Shown here: one piece after another, positions 1 to 10,444 of the stretch | How positions within the stretch are numbered: position 1 is the first letter of the stretch | Layout: each line of letters opens with the position of its first letter | Assembly (NCBI GenBank): GCA_947629365.1 | Contig: CANRDM010000001.1 | Coordinates: forward strand, 1-56,631 | Direction: 5' to 3' | Origin: an uncultured Bacilli bacterium | GTDB lineage: Bacteria; Bacillota_I; Bacilli_A; RF39; UBA660 | DNA: 56,631 nucleotides | Position numbers and translations under genes: made by a program | The notes under the pieces: model-generated | Told to the model about the DNA's origin: nothing | Database searches by the model: none | The model's input: only the letters and a program-made list of their open reading frames with translations

Positions 1-647
1 GTCTTAACCGCTGATACATTATTTGCTTTATCTTTGATATATACATATTTTGTCTTTTTACCATCTGTACTATTAATGTTTATTGTTGTTGGTTTTGTAT
101 TTATTTCTTTCCAATCTGTACAAGTACTTGTATCACTAAAGCAATATTGTACTACATCACTATCTGTATATGTTAATTCATATGCTAAATTTTCATATTG
201 ATATGTATATCCATTTGTTAAATTAGCTCCAGTACTAGTTTTACCTGTTATATCAAACTTAGTTATCACTGGTGCTGTATTATCTTTATCAAAATATAAG
301 TCACAATAGATTGTTTTATTACTATTTACTGTTATTAAACCATTTATGCTTCCTTTTGTTAATTCTTGAGTAACAGGATTAGTACTTAATTTACTTCCAT
401 TATAATCATAACATTTTGTTTCTTGTGTATTAAGTAAATATCCACTTGTTGGAAATGTTGTATCACTTACTGATACATAATCTTTCTTTCCCGTATTTTG
501 CTCTTTATATATATTAAATTCTTTTCTTTCTACTTTTATTACTTTACTTTTTTCTATTATATTACTATCTTTTTTAAATATTAAAAATATATTTAGTATT
601 GTTAATATTATTATTGCAATTATTATTCCTACTCTATTTTTAATCAT
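1..647 (-). CDS. membrane-anchored hypothetical protein, N-terminal part only (ORF runs off the left edge)
   Basis: Absent from the ORF track because it has no stop inside the window. Hand translation of the minus strand from ATG 647-645 (AGGAGA 6 nt upstream) stays open to position 1. It reads MIKNRVGIIIAIIILTILNIFLIF (TM helix), then ...NTAPVITKFDITGKTSTGANL...DGKKTKYVYIKDKANNVS. Confidence 0.6.
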   Translation of the reverse strand, partial: MIKNRVGIIIAIIILTILNIFLIFKKDSNIIEKSKVIKVERKEFNIYKEQNTGKKDYVSVSDTTFPTSGYLLNTQETKCYDYNGSKLSTNPVTQELTKGSINGLITVNSNKTIYCDLYFDKDNTAPVITKFDITGKTSTGANLTNGYTYQYENLAYELTYTDSDVVQYCFSDTSTCTDWKEINTKPTTININSTDGKKTKYVYIKDKANNVSAVK

Positions 648-664
648 AACTTATCTCCTAACTC

Positions 665-740
665 ATAGGTAAATATTACCTATCCTAAAGTTAATTATAG
701 GCAAAATATACCTATATGCCAATAGGTAAATTATAACTAT
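665..740. promoter_or_regulatory. three related 19-bp operator-like sites in a divergent intergenic region
   Basis: ATAGGTAAATATTACCTAT (665-683, perfect 8-bp inverted arms), ATAGGCAAAATATACCTAT (697-715) and ATAGGTAAATTATAACTAT (722-740). They lie between the minus-strand membrane protein gene and the XRE gene. Confidence 0.5.
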
Positions 741-765
741 ATTAAAATAACATTGGTGGTTATAA

Positions 766-1005
766 ATGAATAGATTAAAAGAATTAAGAGAAGATAAAGA
801 TATTTATCAAAAAGATATTGCTAAATATTTAAATATTGATCAATCTAATTATAGTAAATATGAATTAGAAAAAATTAATATACCTGTGGTAATTTTAAAA
901 AAGCTTGCTGATTATTACGATACATCAATTGATTATTTATTATATAGAACCGATAAAAAAGAAGCTTTACCTAAGTCAATTATGAAAGAAAATAAAGAAA
1001 AATAA
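766..1005 (+). CDS. XRE-family helix-turn-helix transcriptional regulator
   Basis: 79 aa with a typical HTH_3 pattern, QKDIAKYLNIDQSNYSKYELEKINIPVVILKKLADYYDTSIDYLL. Confidence 0.85.
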   Translation: MNRLKELREDKDIYQKDIAKYLNIDQSNYSKYELEKINIPVVILKKLADYYDTSIDYLLYRTDKKEALPKSIMKENKEK

Positions 1006-1050
1006 TTTATCTTTTAGAAAATTTATGTTATATTAACGGTGTGATTTTAT

Positions 1051-2169
1051 ATGAATATTATCGGTATTATTTGCGAATATAATCCATTTCATAATGGACA
1101 TTTATATCATTTACAAAAAATTAAAGAAATGTTTCCAGATTCTCTAGTCATTTTAGTATTAAATGGCTACTTTTTAGAACGTGGAGAAATATCAATTATA
1201 TCTAAAGAAAATAAAACTAAATTAGCTCTTTTAAATGGTATAGATATTGTTATTGAACTGCCCTTTGTTTTTGGTACCCAAAGTGCTGATACTTTTGCTA
1301 ATATAAGTGTTCATATATTAAATGAATTAAAGTGTGAATATTTAATATTTGGAAGTGAATCAAATGATCTTGATATTTTAAATAAAATAACGGATTATAC
1401 TTATGAAGAAAATGATACATATAAAAAAGAAATTAAAAAGTATTTAGATATGGGTTACAACTACCCTTCTAGTTTAGCTAAAGCCCTAAATATTGATTTT
1501 GACTTTAAATCTAATGATTTACTAGCTATATCATATATGAAAGCCATTAAAAAAAATAATTATAAAATAAAACCACTTTCAATTAAAAGAACTAATGATT
1601 ATTTAGATACTAGTTCTGATAATTCTATAATAAGTGCCGCAAATATTAGAGAAAAACTTAAAAATAATATGGAGATAACTAAATATGTTCCAAGTAAAAC
1701 TTTAAAATATATTGAAAAAGTTAATTTAGATAATTTATTTAATTACTTAAAATATAAAATAATTACAGAAAAAGATTTAAGTATTTATGTTGATGTTGAT
1801 GAAGGTATTGATAATCGTCTTAAAAAAGTTATCATTAATAGTCACAATATAGATGAGCTAATTGAAAATATTAAATCAAAAAGATATACTTATAATAAGA
1901 TAAGAAGAATGCTTATTCATATTTTAATAGGTTTTACTAAAGAAGATAATAAATTAATTAATTTAGATTATATCAAAGTTTTAGGGTTTAATAAAAAAGG
2001 ACAGGATTACTTAAATACTATTAAAAAAAATTTAAATATTCCAATAAATATTAATAAAAATTCTCTTTGCTATAAATATGAGTTATTATCTTCATATGTT
2101 TATGATTTGTTATGTGAGAGTCATAGTTATGAATATGAATTAACCGGTAAACCGCTTTATTTTAAATAA
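1051..2169 (+). CDS. tmcAL: tRNA(Met) cytidine acetate ligase (YlbM/UPF0348 nucleotidyltransferase)
   Basis: The N-terminus IGIICEYNPFHNGHLYHLQKIKE...GYFLERGE...VIELPFVFGTQSAD matches remembered B. subtilis YlbM/TmcAL motifs (EYNPFHNGH). Confidence 0.85.
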   Translation: MNIIGIICEYNPFHNGHLYHLQKIKEMFPDSLVILVLNGYFLERGEISIISKENKTKLALLNGIDIVIELPFVFGTQSADTFANISVHILNELKCEYLIFGSESNDLDILNKITDYTYEENDTYKKEIKKYLDMGYNYPSSLAKALNIDFDFKSNDLLAISYMKAIKKNNYKIKPLSIKRTNDYLDTSSDNSIISAANIREKLKNNMEITKYVPSKTLKYIEKVNLDNLFNYLKYKIITEKDLSIYVDVDEGIDNRLKKVIINSHNIDELIENIKSKRYTYNKIRRMLIHILIGFTKEDNKLINLDYIKVLGFNKKGQDYLNTIKKNLNIPININKNSLCYKYELLSSYVYDLLCESHSYEYELTGKPLYFK

Positions 2170-2185
2170 GATAATAAAAATTAAA

Positions 2186-2215
2186 GGAAGTTATGGTTGA
2201 CAACTTCTTTTTTTT
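2186..2215 (+). terminator. intrinsic terminator after tmcAL
   Basis: Stem GGAAGTT / AACTTCT (one G-U), 9-nt loop, then T8. A possible TTGACA-17-TAGGAT promoter for the next gene overlaps it (2197-2225). Confidence 0.6.
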
Positions 2216-2258
2216 ATGTTAGGATAGAGCGCGTATTCATTGAAAGGGGATTTTGGTA

Positions 2259-4166
2259 ATGAATAATGAAAAAATTTGTGAAATTTTAAATGACTACTCT
2301 GAAAAACTTGATTATTTACTTAAAAGTTTGAAAGAAGAAAGAACCACTCTTCAAATGGAAGATGATTCAAAAAGAAAGGAAAAGAAACTTGCTTTAATTG
2401 ATGAAAAAATAAGTAAGTTAGAACAATTGGCTCGTCGTTTAGATTATCTGTATAATTATGACGAAATTATGAAGCAATTAGATTCATTAAGAGATAGTAA
2501 TGAAAATGAAGATGAAGTTTTCTCTTCTATTTCAACTACTATAGAATCTATTTTGGAAAATGTTGCTCAATGTAATAATTTAAAAGAAGACGAATTAGAT
2601 AACACAGATGAAATCATCAGACAAATTAACAGAAAAGTAACTGATTTACAAAGAAGTGAGCGTTTATTAAGCGGCAAAGAAAGCAAAGAGATTCGCGCTA
2701 AAATTGCTGAACTTTATACTAAACTTATAGCTTTAAAAAATTATGATAAAGCATTTAAACAAAATAACCAATTAATTGAACTTATAAATAAAGTTTATTC
2801 ATCTTCAAACGAAAAGGACAAGAATGCAAAAATTGATCTATGTATTGATTATATTAATTCAATAATTGATGATAATCTTGACCAAGTTATTAATATTGAC
2901 ATATATGAATTTAAAAAACTAGATAAAAAGCAAAAGCAAAAGAAAGAAGTTAAAAAAGAAAAAGAGAAAAAAGATAAGAAGTTTGCTAAATGGTTTAAAA
3001 AACATTGGAAGAAAATTACAGCAGGCGTTGTTGCTGTTGCTGCTCTTGCTACTGTATCTACTTTAACTTATAAAGGCATTAAAAAATTAGCCGATAAAAT
3101 GGATAAAGAAAATGATGATACTACTAAAGATACTACAGAAAATATTGATTCAACTAATATTTTAGATACTACTAATGATCGAAGTGATATTTTAGATAAT
3201 ATTGAAAAAGTTGAAGATCCAGTTATCTTAGCCTTAAAAGAAAAAGGTTATAATGAATATAATGCTAAATTAATGACTGAAAACTTTGATGATGAAACAT
3301 TAAAATCTTTATTAGAATTTTATCGTCCTGAAGCTGAAAAATATGCTAGTTCAAAAGATTTTAATTTAGATTACTTAGAATATTATGAAAACGCTTTAAA
3401 TAAATATAACACTACTGTTGATAAAGCGGTTGATTATGTTAATCGTTCAGCTAAAATATTAGAAACTAATTTCTATAGCGAAGCTACAATTGATGATGTT
3501 TGTGATGTTGTTGCCTCAATTGATGACAAAACATTATTCTATGGTGAAAATGCTAATTTAGCTCAATCATTTAATACAGCATTTAATGCCATTGTTGAAG
3601 ATTATTTATTTGGTAATATAACTGAAGATGATAGTAAAAAAATGGATGCTGTAAAATATTTTGCTAAAGATGGTACAGATATGAATGTATTCTTAGCAAA
3701 ATATGCTGAAATTATTAAAAATGTTTTAGCTAATCCTAATGTCAATAGTTATAAAACTGAATTATATAGATTCTTAAGAATATTTGCTACTTCATTTAAT
3801 GGAATTAACAGTGATAAAGATGCTTTAACAGATAATAAAGAATTTAATGATGCTGCTGAAGTTACAGACTTATATGACTGGTTTATGGCTTATAATTCTT
3901 TCGTTTCACCTCTTTATCCACTGGCATATCCAAAACACGTTGAACTTCCACCAACAACACCAATTATTCCAGAAGGGGCTACTCAAGAAATGATTGATGA
4001 AGCTTGGGCTGACCTAGATAAAGAATGGAAACGTGTTGAAGAAGAAAATAATCAATTAGAATCTAAGATGCGTGCACTTGAAGAATTACAAGTTTATATG
4101 ATTACAGTATTAAATGGTCCTGAATTTGATAACTTCTGTCTTGTTAATGAAGGACTTATAAAGTAA
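2259..4166 (+). CDS. hypothetical bitopic membrane protein (N-terminal coiled coil, Lys-rich linker, one TM, about 360-aa outside domain)
   Basis: ORF track 2253-4166. ATG 2259 is preferred because AGGGGA lies 8 nt upstream. TM helix AGVVAVAALATVSTL sits in the middle. No family recognised. Confidence 0.6.
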   Translation: MNNEKICEILNDYSEKLDYLLKSLKEERTTLQMEDDSKRKEKKLALIDEKISKLEQLARRLDYLYNYDEIMKQLDSLRDSNENEDEVFSSISTTIESILENVAQCNNLKEDELDNTDEIIRQINRKVTDLQRSERLLSGKESKEIRAKIAELYTKLIALKNYDKAFKQNNQLIELINKVYSSSNEKDKNAKIDLCIDYINSIIDDNLDQVINIDIYEFKKLDKKQKQKKEVKKEKEKKDKKFAKWFKKHWKKITAGVVAVAALATVSTLTYKGIKKLADKMDKENDDTTKDTTENIDSTNILDTTNDRSDILDNIEKVEDPVILALKEKGYNEYNAKLMTENFDDETLKSLLEFYRPEAEKYASSKDFNLDYLEYYENALNKYNTTVDKAVDYVNRSAKILETNFYSEATIDDVCDVVASIDDKTLFYGENANLAQSFNTAFNAIVEDYLFGNITEDDSKKMDAVKYFAKDGTDMNVFLAKYAEIIKNVLANPNVNSYKTELYRFLRIFATSFNGINSDKDALTDNKEFNDAAEVTDLYDWFMAYNSFVSPLYPLAYPKHVELPPTTPIIPEGATQEMIDEAWADLDKEWKRVEEENNQLESKMRALEELQVYMITVLNGPEFDNFCLVNEGLIK

Positions 4167-4180
4167 GGAGGTAAACCAGA

Positions 4181-6361
4181 ATGTATACTGAAGATACAAA
4201 ACCAGAAATTGACTGGGGAAATTTAATAAAAAAAGGTATTGTTATATTAGTTGTGGCTTTAATTGTTTTCTTCATCATTTGGTTATTTGTAAAAGGAAAC
4301 AATAACAATAATGGTGTTAATGTAGAATATGACAATCAAACTAATAGTAGTACTAATAACAATAATAACAATAATTCATCTAATGATATTAATAATAATA
4401 CTGCTTATTCAAAAGAATTCTTAGAAGGCTATCGTTATTTTCACGATACTGCTAAAGAATACTTTCTAATAAGTGAACTTCCATCTAAAGGTAAAACATT
4501 AAAATATACTCTTCAAGAATTAATTGATAAAGAATTAATATTTGCTTGGATATATAAAGATAATAAAACTTGTGATACAGAAGGAAGTTATGCATATGTA
4601 ACTAACAATAATGGTAAATACAAATTAACTGTTTCACTTGTATGTGGGGTTGAAGTTGCTAAAACAACTGAAGAATTAGGATGTAATCAATTATGCTTAA
4701 GTGGTAATTGTGAAAATAATCCGGAAGTTGATGAATATGTTAAAGAATATCAATATAAACAAGCTTATACTGTAAGTGAAACTGTTTATAGTTGTCCTAG
4801 TGGTTATACTAGAAGTGGTTCTAAATGTATTAAAGATAATAAGAATACTATAGAAGCTACTAAAACTGTAAATTATGTATGTCCATCTGGTTATACCAAA
4901 AGTGGTACTGGTTCAAGTACTAAATGTTATAAGAGCTCTACTGATCAAGTAGCAGCAAAAGAAGAAGTTACTTATACTTGTCCTGCTGGTTATACCAAAA
5001 GTGGATCTGGTGAAAATACTAAATGTTATAAAACTGATTCAAGTTATAAAGAAGCTCAATATAAAGTAAATTATAGTTGTCCTGCTGGTTACAATAAAGT
5101 TGGTAACTCTTGTGTAAGAAGTGAAAGTATTAATCCTTCTTCAAATGTTACTTATAGTTGTCCGAGTGGTTATACTCAAAATGGAGCAATATGTACTAAA
5201 ACTGAAACAGTAAACCTATCAAGTAGTACAACTTATAGTTGTCCTAGTGGTTACCAATTAAGTGGTTCAATGTGTTATAAAACTGAAACTATTAATGCTA
5301 CTCCATCAAATACCACTTATACTTGTCCTGCTGGTTATACACAAAGTGGCTCTAAATGTTTAAAATCAGATACTATAGCCGCCACAGCAAATACAACTTA
5401 TAGTTGTCCAAAAGGTACACCAATTAATAATGGCCGTGCTTGCCGTATTACAACAAAATCATCTTATACTACATCTTATGAAGTATATCACGGCGATGTA
5501 TATCAAGGCTGTACTTGGGCTGGAAGTTATACTGATAAATGTTCTGGTTCAGCTAATTGTACAAGAACATATCATAAGTATAGTTGTTCAAAAACTTCTT
5601 ATAATGATGTAGCTGCGACAGCAAATACATATTATAGTTGTCCTACCGGTTATGATCTAAAAGGATCTGGAAATACTAGTTCTTGTACTAAGACAGATAC
5701 TATTAATGCTACTCCATCAAAGACAACTTATACTTGTCCTAGTGGTTATGATAAAAATGGTACTACTTGTTCAAAAACTGTAAGTACTAGTGCAACTCCA
5801 CAAACTACTACAGGAAGTTGCCCTGCTGGTTATACTCAATATGGTTCAACTTGTTCAAGAACAGTAAGTACTAATGCAACTCCTACAACTGATATTAGTT
5901 GTCCAAGTGGTTATAATAAAAATGGTAATCAATGTACTAAAGATTATTATAGCGAATTAGTTGAAACTAAAGAATATTATTGTAGTGGTGATGAAGTATT
6001 AAGTAATGATAAATGTTATTATAGTTATTCAGATACTAAAAACCCAACATCTACTACAAATTATACTTGTCCTGCTGGTTATACTAGAAATGGTTCAAGC
6101 TGTACTAGAACAATTGAAGAAAATAGAACAGCTATTAAAGACACTACTTATAGTTGTCCAAGTGGTTATACTAAGATTGGCGCTGGTAGTGAGTCTAAAT
6201 GTACAAAAGGTTCTACAACATCTATTGACGCTACTAAGACAACGAAGAATGTTACTAAATACAGATATAAATGGAGTCAAGAAGAATCTCTACCTGGTTG
6301 GGAAAGAACTGGCGAAGTAAGAGAAGCCAAAGTTGTTAATCAACCTGAAGTAGAAAAATAA
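4181..6361 (+). CDS. membrane-anchored surface protein with about 15 tandem Y-x-C-P-x-G-Y...G..C-x-K Cys-pair repeats
   Basis: AAGGAGG lies 8 nt upstream and the start is 14 nt after the previous stop. N-terminal TM helix IVILVVALIVFFIIWLFV, then an Asn-rich spacer, then repeats such as YSCPSGYTRSGSKCIK, YTCPAGYTKSGSGENTKCYK and YSCPSGYTQNGAICTK. Confidence 0.7.
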   Translation: MYTEDTKPEIDWGNLIKKGIVILVVALIVFFIIWLFVKGNNNNNGVNVEYDNQTNSSTNNNNNNNSSNDINNNTAYSKEFLEGYRYFHDTAKEYFLISELPSKGKTLKYTLQELIDKELIFAWIYKDNKTCDTEGSYAYVTNNNGKYKLTVSLVCGVEVAKTTEELGCNQLCLSGNCENNPEVDEYVKEYQYKQAYTVSETVYSCPSGYTRSGSKCIKDNKNTIEATKTVNYVCPSGYTKSGTGSSTKCYKSSTDQVAAKEEVTYTCPAGYTKSGSGENTKCYKTDSSYKEAQYKVNYSCPAGYNKVGNSCVRSESINPSSNVTYSCPSGYTQNGAICTKTETVNLSSSTTYSCPSGYQLSGSMCYKTETINATPSNTTYTCPAGYTQSGSKCLKSDTIAATANTTYSCPKGTPINNGRACRITTKSSYTTSYEVYHGDVYQGCTWAGSYTDKCSGSANCTRTYHKYSCSKTSYNDVAATANTYYSCPTGYDLKGSGNTSSCTKTDTINATPSKTTYTCPSGYDKNGTTCSKTVSTSATPQTTTGSCPAGYTQYGSTCSRTVSTNATPTTDISCPSGYNKNGNQCTKDYYSELVETKEYYCSGDEVLSNDKCYYSYSDTKNPTSTTNYTCPAGYTRNGSSCTRTIEENRTAIKDTTYSCPSGYTKIGAGSESKCTKGSTTSIDATKTTKNVTKYRYKWSQEESLPGWERTGEVREAKVVNQPEVEK

Positions 6362-6367
6362 TAAATT

Positions 6368-6398
6368 AAAAAAGGTCATCACAAAATGAGCCTTTTTT
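6368..6398. terminator. bidirectional terminator between convergent genes
   Basis: AAAAAAGGTCAT-cacaaa-ATGAGCCTTTTTT, an imperfect hairpin flanked by an A-run and a T-run. Confidence 0.5.
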
Positions 6399-7035
6399 AT
6401 TTAACTAAATTAACAAAATCAGGAGGTGGCGTTGTTATCTCAATTAATTTATTAGTTATAGGATGATTAAAGGCTATGTAATAAGCGTGTAAACATAGTC
6501 TTTTTTCTTTATCTTTTTTATTATAAATTCTATCTCCTACGATAGGATATCCTAAATCATTTAATTGTACTCTTATTTGATGTTTACGACCAGTTTTAAT
6601 ATTAATTTTCAGTAAACTATATAATTTATTATTTCTTATCTTTTCATATTCCGTAATCGCTTCTTTACCGGTTTTAGAACTATATACGTAATTAGTAGTT
6701 GTTTCTTTTAAATATGATTTAATGATACCTTTAGATGGCATATTACCTCTTACTAAGGCAATATATTCTCTTTTAACATTTGCCCAATTATCTTGTAAGA
6801 TATTTTTGGCTTTTATATTCTTAGCAAAAACAACTATACCTGAGGTATCTTTATCGAGGCGATGAACAATAAATACTTTATTATTTTTATTTTGTTTTTT
6901 TAAATAAGTTGATACTTGATAATACAAAGTATTTTCTTTTTCTTTTAAAGTACTTATAGTAAGTAAATGCACACTTTTACTAACAACAATAATATCTTTA
7001 TCTTCGTATAAAATATCTAATTTTTTCTTTTTCAT
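6397..7035 (-). CDS. RluA-family pseudouridine synthase
   Basis: Motif HRLDKDTSGIVVFAK plus KTGRKHQIRVQL. 212 aa with no S4 domain. Confidence 0.85.
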   Translation of the reverse strand: MKKKKLDILYEDKDIIVVSKSVHLLTISTLKEKENTLYYQVSTYLKKQNKNNKVFIVHRLDKDTSGIVVFAKNIKAKNILQDNWANVKREYIALVRGNMPSKGIIKSYLKETTTNYVYSSKTGKEAITEYEKIRNNKLYSLLKINIKTGRKHQIRVQLNDLGYPIVGDRIYNKKDKEKRLCLHAYYIAFNHPITNKLIEITTPPPDFVNLVK

Positions 7036-7063
7036 TAATTAAGTTTAAAGAAAAAAAGTATTG

Positions 7064-7813
7064 CTACTTTTTATCATTTTTTCCTTTCATTGCTTCAAGT
7101 ATTTCAACTGGTAAACAAAATAGAATTGTATTTGATTTATCAGAAGAAATATCACTTAATGTTGATAGAGTTCTAAGATGCATTGCTCCAGGTGTACTAC
7201 TCATAATCTCGGCTGCTTTAGCTAAATTATTAGATGCTTCCACTTCACCTTTAGCTTTTGTTACTACGGCTTGTTTTTCTCTTTCGGCTTCAGCTGCAAT
7301 TGCCAACACTCTTTTCATATCTTCTGGTAATGAGACATCTTTAAGTTCAACATTTTCAACTTTTATACCCCAAGGATCAGTTGCTTCATCAATTATTTTA
7401 CATATTTCTGTACTTATTTTATCTCTTTCAGCTAAAAGTTCATCAAGAGAAACGGAACCAACAACATTACGCATTGTTGTTTGGGCAAGTTGACCAACAG
7501 CATAATAGAAATCTTCAACTGCTAAAATAGCTTTTGAGGCATCAAATAATTTATAATATATAACGGCATTTATTTGAACTGAAACATTGTCTTTAGTAAT
7601 TGCTTCTTGACTTGGAACATCAACTGCTTTAGTTCTAATATCAACCTTTTTATATGATTCAATAATAGGTAACACTAATTTCCAACCTGGTGTTAATACT
7701 TTAACAAATTTACCAAAACGAAACTTAATACCTCTTTCATACTCGTTTATTTGTTTAATTGAACAAATAATAACGATTATTATAAAAACTATAATTCCCA
7801 TAATTATTTCCAT
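7064..7813 (-). CDS. SPFH/band-7 (stomatin-like) membrane protein
   Basis: N-terminal TM helix, then SPFH-like core ...EYERGIKFRFGKF...TKDNVSVQINAVIYYK... and an Ala/Glu-rich coiled-coil tail. Confidence 0.8.
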   Translation of the reverse strand: MEIIMGIIVFIIIVIICSIKQINEYERGIKFRFGKFVKVLTPGWKLVLPIIESYKKVDIRTKAVDVPSQEAITKDNVSVQINAVIYYKLFDASKAILAVEDFYYAVGQLAQTTMRNVVGSVSLDELLAERDKISTEICKIIDEATDPWGIKVENVELKDVSLPEDMKRVLAIAAEAEREKQAVVTKAKGEVEASNNLAKAAEIMSSTPGAMHLRTLSTLSDISSDKSNTILFCLPVEILEAMKGKNDKK

Positions 7814-7841
7814 TTTACTACTCCTTTACTTCATTATATTA

Positions 7842-10001
7842 TTATTTATCTTCTTTTATTTCTTCTTTTTTAGGTAGTGCTTCTTTTCGAGATAAGTTAA
7901 GACGACCTTTATTATCATAACCTAAAGATTTAACAATAATTTCATCGCCAACTTTAACGATATCACTTGGTTTATTAACTCTCTTATTATCAAGTTGAGA
8001 AACGTGAACTAAGCCTTCACAACCTTCCCAAAGTTCAACGAAACAGCCAAAGTCTTCAACTTTTACTACTTTACCAGTATAAATTTTACCGGTTTCAACT
8101 TCTCTTATAACGCTTTCAATCATTTCTCTAGTCTTTTTAATAATTTCGGCATCACGATGATAAATGATGACTCTTCCATCGTCTTCTAAATCCACTTTAA
8201 CGGCATCTTTATCATTAACTGTTTTAACATTACTAGCTTCCAAAATAATTTTAGTAATCATTTCGCCACCACGGCCAATAACATCTTTAATTTTTTCTGG
8301 ATCAATTGTAAATGTTTCAATTTTAGGAGCATATTTACTTAATTCTTTTCTTGGTTCTTTAATAACTGTTTCAAATAAATCTAAGATTTCCATTCTAGCT
8401 TTTTTAGCTTGCACTAAAGCTTCTTTTAAAATATTTTTATTAACACCATCAATCTTAATATCCATTTGTAAAGCACAAATACCTTTTCTCGTACCTGCAA
8501 CTTTAAAGTCCATATCTCCTAAATGATCTTCCATACCTTGAATATCTGTAAGAATCGTATATTTATCTTCATTAGTTATAAGACCCATCGCAATACCTGC
8601 AACTGGAGCTTTAATTGGGACACCAGCAGCCATTAAAGATAGACATCCAGCACAAATACTAGCTTGACTCGATGAACCATTACTTTCTAAAATTTCGGAT
8701 ACTACTCTAATAGTATAAGGGAATTCTTCTTCAGAAGGTATTACTTGAAGTAGGGCTCTTTCACCTAATGCACCGTGACCAATTTCTCTTCTGCCAGGTG
8801 AACCATAACGACCGGTTTCCCCAACACTAAATTGTGGGAAGTTATAATGCAACATAAATCTTTTTTCTTCTTCAATAGAAAGACCATCAAGCATTTGGCT
8901 TTCCCCTAAAGCACCAAGTGTGGTAATAGATAAACTTTGCGTTTCTCCTCTTGTAAATAAAGCTGAACCGTGAGTTCTTGGTAAAATATCAATTGAGGCA
9001 CTTATTGGTCTTATTTCATCCATCTTACGGCCATCAATTCTAATATGTTCATTAACCACTATTTTTCTAAATACTTTATATTGAACACTTTCAAATACTA
9101 AAGCCACTTTAGTTAAAAGTTCCGTTAATTCTTCTTCTTTTAAGCTATCTTCATTTAAAGATTTATAATGTTCAATTAAATCATTCTTTAAATTATCGAT
9201 TGTTTCATACATTGTTAATTTATCTTTAATTCTTAAAGCAGCATCTAATTTTTCAGTTATAGCATCTTCTATCTCATTTCTTAAATCAGGAGATATAAGA
9301 AGATGTGGATATTCCATTTTGTCTTCGCCAATTTCTTTAATAATTTCTAACTCAAAAGCTACTAATTTTTTAATTGCTTCAAAACCAAATAATAAAGCCT
9401 CTAGCATATCATCTTCCGATACTTCTTTACTACCAGCTTCAACCATATTAATGGCATCCATTGTTCCAGCCACAGTTAAATCAATATCTGATTGTTCTAA
9501 CTCTGCTACAGTTGGATCAATAATAAACTTACCATTAACTCGACCAACTTTAACCGCCGCAACGGGACCATTAAACGGAATCTTACTTATACAAGTGGCT
9601 AAAGATGAACCAAATAAAGCTGTAAGTTCTGGCGAATTATCTTGATCAACACTTAAAACAGTATTGACGATTTGTACTTCATTACGAAAATCTTCAGGGA
9701 ATAATGGACGCATTGGTCTATCTATCATTCGCGCTGCTAGTGTAGCATTGTCGGTTGGTCTTCCTTCTCTTTTAATAAAACCACCAGGAATTTTACCAAC
9801 TGAATACAATTTTTCATTGTATAAAACTGTTAATGGAAAAAAATCTGATAAAAGATTTGCTGTTTTTGAGACAACGGCGGTACTTAAAATAACCGTATCA
9901 TCAAATCTAACTAAAACAGCACCATTTGCTTGTTTAGCCATTTCTCCATTTTCAACAATTAATTTTCGACCATAAAAATCTAATTCAAATACTTTCTTCA
10001 T
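7842..10001 (-). CDS. pnp: polynucleotide phosphorylase
   Basis: 719 aa with two RNase PH-like halves, KH and a C-terminal S1 domain ([15 protein letters not shown]). Downstream of rpsO, as in most bacteria. Confidence 0.97.
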   Translation of the reverse strand: MKKVFELDFYGRKLIVENGEMAKQANGAVLVRFDDTVILSTAVVSKTANLLSDFFPLTVLYNEKLYSVGKIPGGFIKREGRPTDNATLAARMIDRPMRPLFPEDFRNEVQIVNTVLSVDQDNSPELTALFGSSLATCISKIPFNGPVAAVKVGRVNGKFIIDPTVAELEQSDIDLTVAGTMDAINMVEAGSKEVSEDDMLEALLFGFEAIKKLVAFELEIIKEIGEDKMEYPHLLISPDLRNEIEDAITEKLDAALRIKDKLTMYETIDNLKNDLIEHYKSLNEDSLKEEELTELLTKVALVFESVQYKVFRKIVVNEHIRIDGRKMDEIRPISASIDILPRTHGSALFTRGETQSLSITTLGALGESQMLDGLSIEEEKRFMLHYNFPQFSVGETGRYGSPGRREIGHGALGERALLQVIPSEEEFPYTIRVVSEILESNGSSSQASICAGCLSLMAAGVPIKAPVAGIAMGLITNEDKYTILTDIQGMEDHLGDMDFKVAGTRKGICALQMDIKIDGVNKNILKEALVQAKKARMEILDLFETVIKEPRKELSKYAPKIETFTIDPEKIKDVIGRGGEMITKIILEASNVKTVNDKDAVKVDLEDDGRVIIYHRDAEIIKKTREMIESVIREVETGKIYTGKVVKVEDFGCFVELWEGCEGLVHVSQLDNKRVNKPSDIVKVGDEIIVKSLGYDNKGRLNLSRKEALPKKEEIKEDK

Positions 10002-10049
10002 TTAAAACCTCTTCTTTCTAAAAGAAAAAGACACCAAAACAAAGTGCCC

Positions 10050-10319
10050 TTATTTTCTTAAATCTAATTTTTTGATTACTTCTCTATAGCTTTTAACATC
10101 ATTTTCTTTTAAATAGTTAAGTAGTTTTTTTCTTCTTCCTACTTTCATAAGTAATCCTCTTTTTGAATGATAATCGTGAATATGCTCTTGCATATGTGCA
10201 GTAAGTTCATTGATTTCATTAGTTAAAATAGCAATTTGAACTTCAGCAGAACCACAATCTTTTTCATTCTTAGCAAATTCTTTAATAATTTTTGCTTTTG
10301 CATCTTTACTTAATGCCAT
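10050..10319 (-). CDS. rpsO: 30S ribosomal protein S15
   Basis: 89 aa, ...GSAEVQIAILTNEINELTAHMQEHIHDYHSKRGLLMKVGRRKKLLNYL. Confidence 0.97.
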   Translation of the reverse strand: MALSKDAKAKIIKEFAKNEKDCGSAEVQIAILTNEINELTAHMQEHIHDYHSKRGLLMKVGRRKKLLNYLKENDVKSYREVIKKLDLRK

Positions 10320-10444
10320 AATATTCTTCCTTTCTAATAATCGGTTTAAACTGAGATAAAAAGCGGAAATTTTTTTATCTAAGTCAAAACTTCAATATAA
10401 TTATATTATAATTTAGGGGAAAAGTAAACAAAAATGTACCGATT

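Noticed and set aside
4300-4400. AAT/AAC-rich low-complexity stretch
   Set aside because: It encodes the in-frame poly-Asn linker of the surface protein. It is not a regulatory microsatellite as far as can be seen, though length variation between strains is possible.
5430-6320. Track ORFs 5430-5612, 6006-6320 (+) and 6095-6280 (-) inside the Cys-repeat protein gene
   Set aside because: They are alternative-frame or antisense ORFs lying wholly within a long, well-supported CDS. Their Leu/Ile/Val-rich composition is typical of off-frame translation of AT-rich repeats, and they have no RBS.
8164-9975. Plus-strand ORFs 8164-8526, 9319-9645 and 9664-9975
   Set aside because: They are antisense to pnp, whose identity is unambiguous. 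Their Ser/Leu/Ile-rich low-complexity translations are shadow ORFs.
10320-10444. Hairpin GATAAAAA-N9-TTTTTATC in the rpsO leader / truB 3' region as an S15 autoregulatory element or terminator
   Set aside because: The stem is A/U-only and has no flanking U-run on the relevant strand, so it cannot be told apart from chance in this AT-rich DNA.
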